Below, one piece after another: positions 62,512 through 64,000 of a DNA stretch of 64,000 bases. Within the stretch, counting starts at the first letter, position 1, and the number at the start of each line of letters is the position of its first letter. The position numbers were made by a program, and so were the translations under genes. The notes under the pieces are model-generated. The model made no database searches and had not been told where the DNA came from. It was given only the letters and a program-made list of their open reading frames with translations. The DNA lies in the NCBI GenBank assembly GCA_048940445.1, contig JBHLON010000001.1, positions 83,386-147,385 on the forward strand, written 5' to 3'. This stretch comes from Promethearchaeota archaeon (GTDB lineage: Archaea > Asgardarchaeota > Lokiarchaeia > Sigyniarchaeales > SOKP01).

Positions 62512-64000
62512 ATGATTAAAACTGGAAATTGATGATAATCTAAAAAATAATACTTCTGTTGCTTATATATCAATGGAAATAGGTTTAGATTCTAATATCC
62601 CAACTTATAGTGGTGGTTTAGGAGTACTATCAGGAGATACAGTAAGATCTGCTGCTGATTTAGAGATCCCAATGGTAGCAGTTTGCCTATGTTACAGTTC
62701 AGGATACTTTTTTCAATTATTTAATGAAGCTGGTGAACAAAAGGAAAAAGAAGTCGAATGGAATTTTTTCTATGAATTTGATAAAGTTGAGAAACCCATT
62801 TCTGTTAAAATTGAGAATCGAGAAGTTAGGGTCTCTGCATGGCTTTACAAAGTCATTGGTCAATCAGGTCATGTTTTACCTGTCTATCTTCTTACAACTG
62901 ATGTTGAGGGAAATGAACCATGGATGAAAAAGATGACAGGATCTCTATACGATTCAACTTCGCGATGGAATCGCATTGTCCAAGAAATAATCCTTGGAAT
63001 TGGTGGTGTTCGCCTCCTAAACTCCCTAGGATATGAAAATATTAAAACTTATCATCTTAATGAGGGTCATGGAAGTTTTGCTTCAATTGAATTATATAAT
63101 ATGTATAAAGGGGACATTGAAAAGATTAAGTCAAGTGTTGTTTTTACTACTCATACACCTGTAGCTGCTGGACATGATAGATTTGATCAAAGTTTGGTAA
63201 CTAAAGTTTTTGAAAATAGAATTCCTGAACGAATTCGAAAGTTTGGTGAGGATAATGGGCAATTTAATATGACATTTTTGGGGATGAACCTCTCAAGATA
63301 TCGGAATGCAGTTTCAAGAAAACATGTTGAAATAACTAAACAAATGTTCCCAAAATATGAAATTGACTATATTACAAATGGAATTCATTTACCCTTCTGG
63401 GTATCAAAACCATTTAGAAAAATGTTTGATAGAAAGTTTCCTAATTGGAAGGCAAACCCATCTTTACTGCAAAATGCAATCGAGTTAGATGATCTAGATG
63501 TTTTCGATGCTCACATTAAAAATAAATTCAATCTTATTAGCTATCAAAAGGGCCATTCATGGAATTTATTAGATGAAGAATTAATAACAATCGGTTTTGC
63601 AAAAAGATTTGCTACTTATAAAAGAGGTACTTTAATTTTCCATGATATTGATAGATTAGGAAAAATCTGTAAGGGAAGTGTACAATTTATATTTGCAGGT
63701 AAGGCTCACCCTAAAGATGAAATGGGGAAGGATTATATCAAGAAAGTTTATGAATCAGGCAACTATTTGTATGATAACTATGGAGTTAAAGTCGTTTTAA
63801 TGGAGAATTATAATATGGATTTAGCACATATGTTAGTTTCAGGGTGTGATGTTTGGTTAAATACTCCTGAAAGATATCGTGAAGCAAGCGGTACTAGTGG
63901 CATGAAAGCAGCATTAAATGGTGTATTAAATTTCAGTATTCAAGATGGATGGTGGTTAGAAGGTTATAAAAAAAATGCTTTATCAGGATGGGCTATTGGG
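62512..64000 (+). CDS. glgP: Alpha-glucan (glycogen/maltodextrin) phosphorylase, 3'-truncated by the window edge
   Basis: I translated this manually; it is not in the ORF track because there is no stop in the window. Motifs: 'VAYISMEIGLDSNIPTYSGGLGVLSGD', 'HLNEGHGSF', 'FTTHTPVAAGHD' and the PLP-lysine region 'EASGTSGMKAALNG'. Confidence 0.9.

Noticed and set aside
1-64000. CRISPR arrays, rRNA genes, IS elements/transposases and large tandem repeats
   Set aside because: Reading through the intergenic regions showed only short AT-rich hairpins. There were no regularly spaced direct repeats, no GC-rich structured RNA islands other than the two tRNAs, and no transposase- or integrase-like ORFs.

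Overview
This is a visibly AT-rich archaeal chromosomal segment, densely coding on both strands. I count about 60 protein genes and 2 intron-containing tRNAs. I saw no rRNA, CRISPR array, transposase or integrase. Archaeal housekeeping markers are present: ribosomal proteins uS15 and eS1/S3Ae, PGK, a NIP7-like PUA protein, a Nop2/Sun RNA m5C methyltransferase, Sir2 and rubrerythrin. Next to them is an unusual density of eukaryotic-signature genes. These are a compact ESCRT module (ESCRT-III, Vps4, Vps25-like, Vps22/36 EAP30-like; 35.3-39.0 kb), a Rab-like small GTPase translationally coupled to a polytopic membrane protein (31.1-32.4 kb), and two tandem longin/roadblock-type proteins (10.8-11.6 kb and 14.9-15.7 kb). 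There is also a zinc-ribbon protein with a weak DENN-core-like segment (28.9-29.8 kb) and a HEAT+LRR protein. By inference the source is an Asgard (Loki/Promethearchaeia-like) archaeon. Other blocks include NikR-LarC-LarB nickel-pincer cofactor genes (18.2-23.4 kb). A glycan/glycolipid locus (52.9-62.3 kb) carries a processive QxxRW GT2 synthase, a CE4 deacetylase, two more GT2s, a membrane-fused acetyltransferase, a radical-SAM/SPASM-like enzyme, a LuxE-like adenylating enzyme and a CDP-alcohol phosphatidyltransferase. There are also sugar-nucleotide and GlcN-6-P type genes, and an alpha-glucan phosphorylase that runs off the right edge (missing from the ORF track because it has no stop in the window). 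The most concrete sequence-level observation concerns Vps4. Its MIT domain continues about 30 codons upstream of the first ATG, in a frame with no ATG/GTG/TTG, behind a good Shine-Dalgarno. That implies AUU/AUC initiation or an assembly error. All functional calls come from motif recognition by eye; no searches were run.
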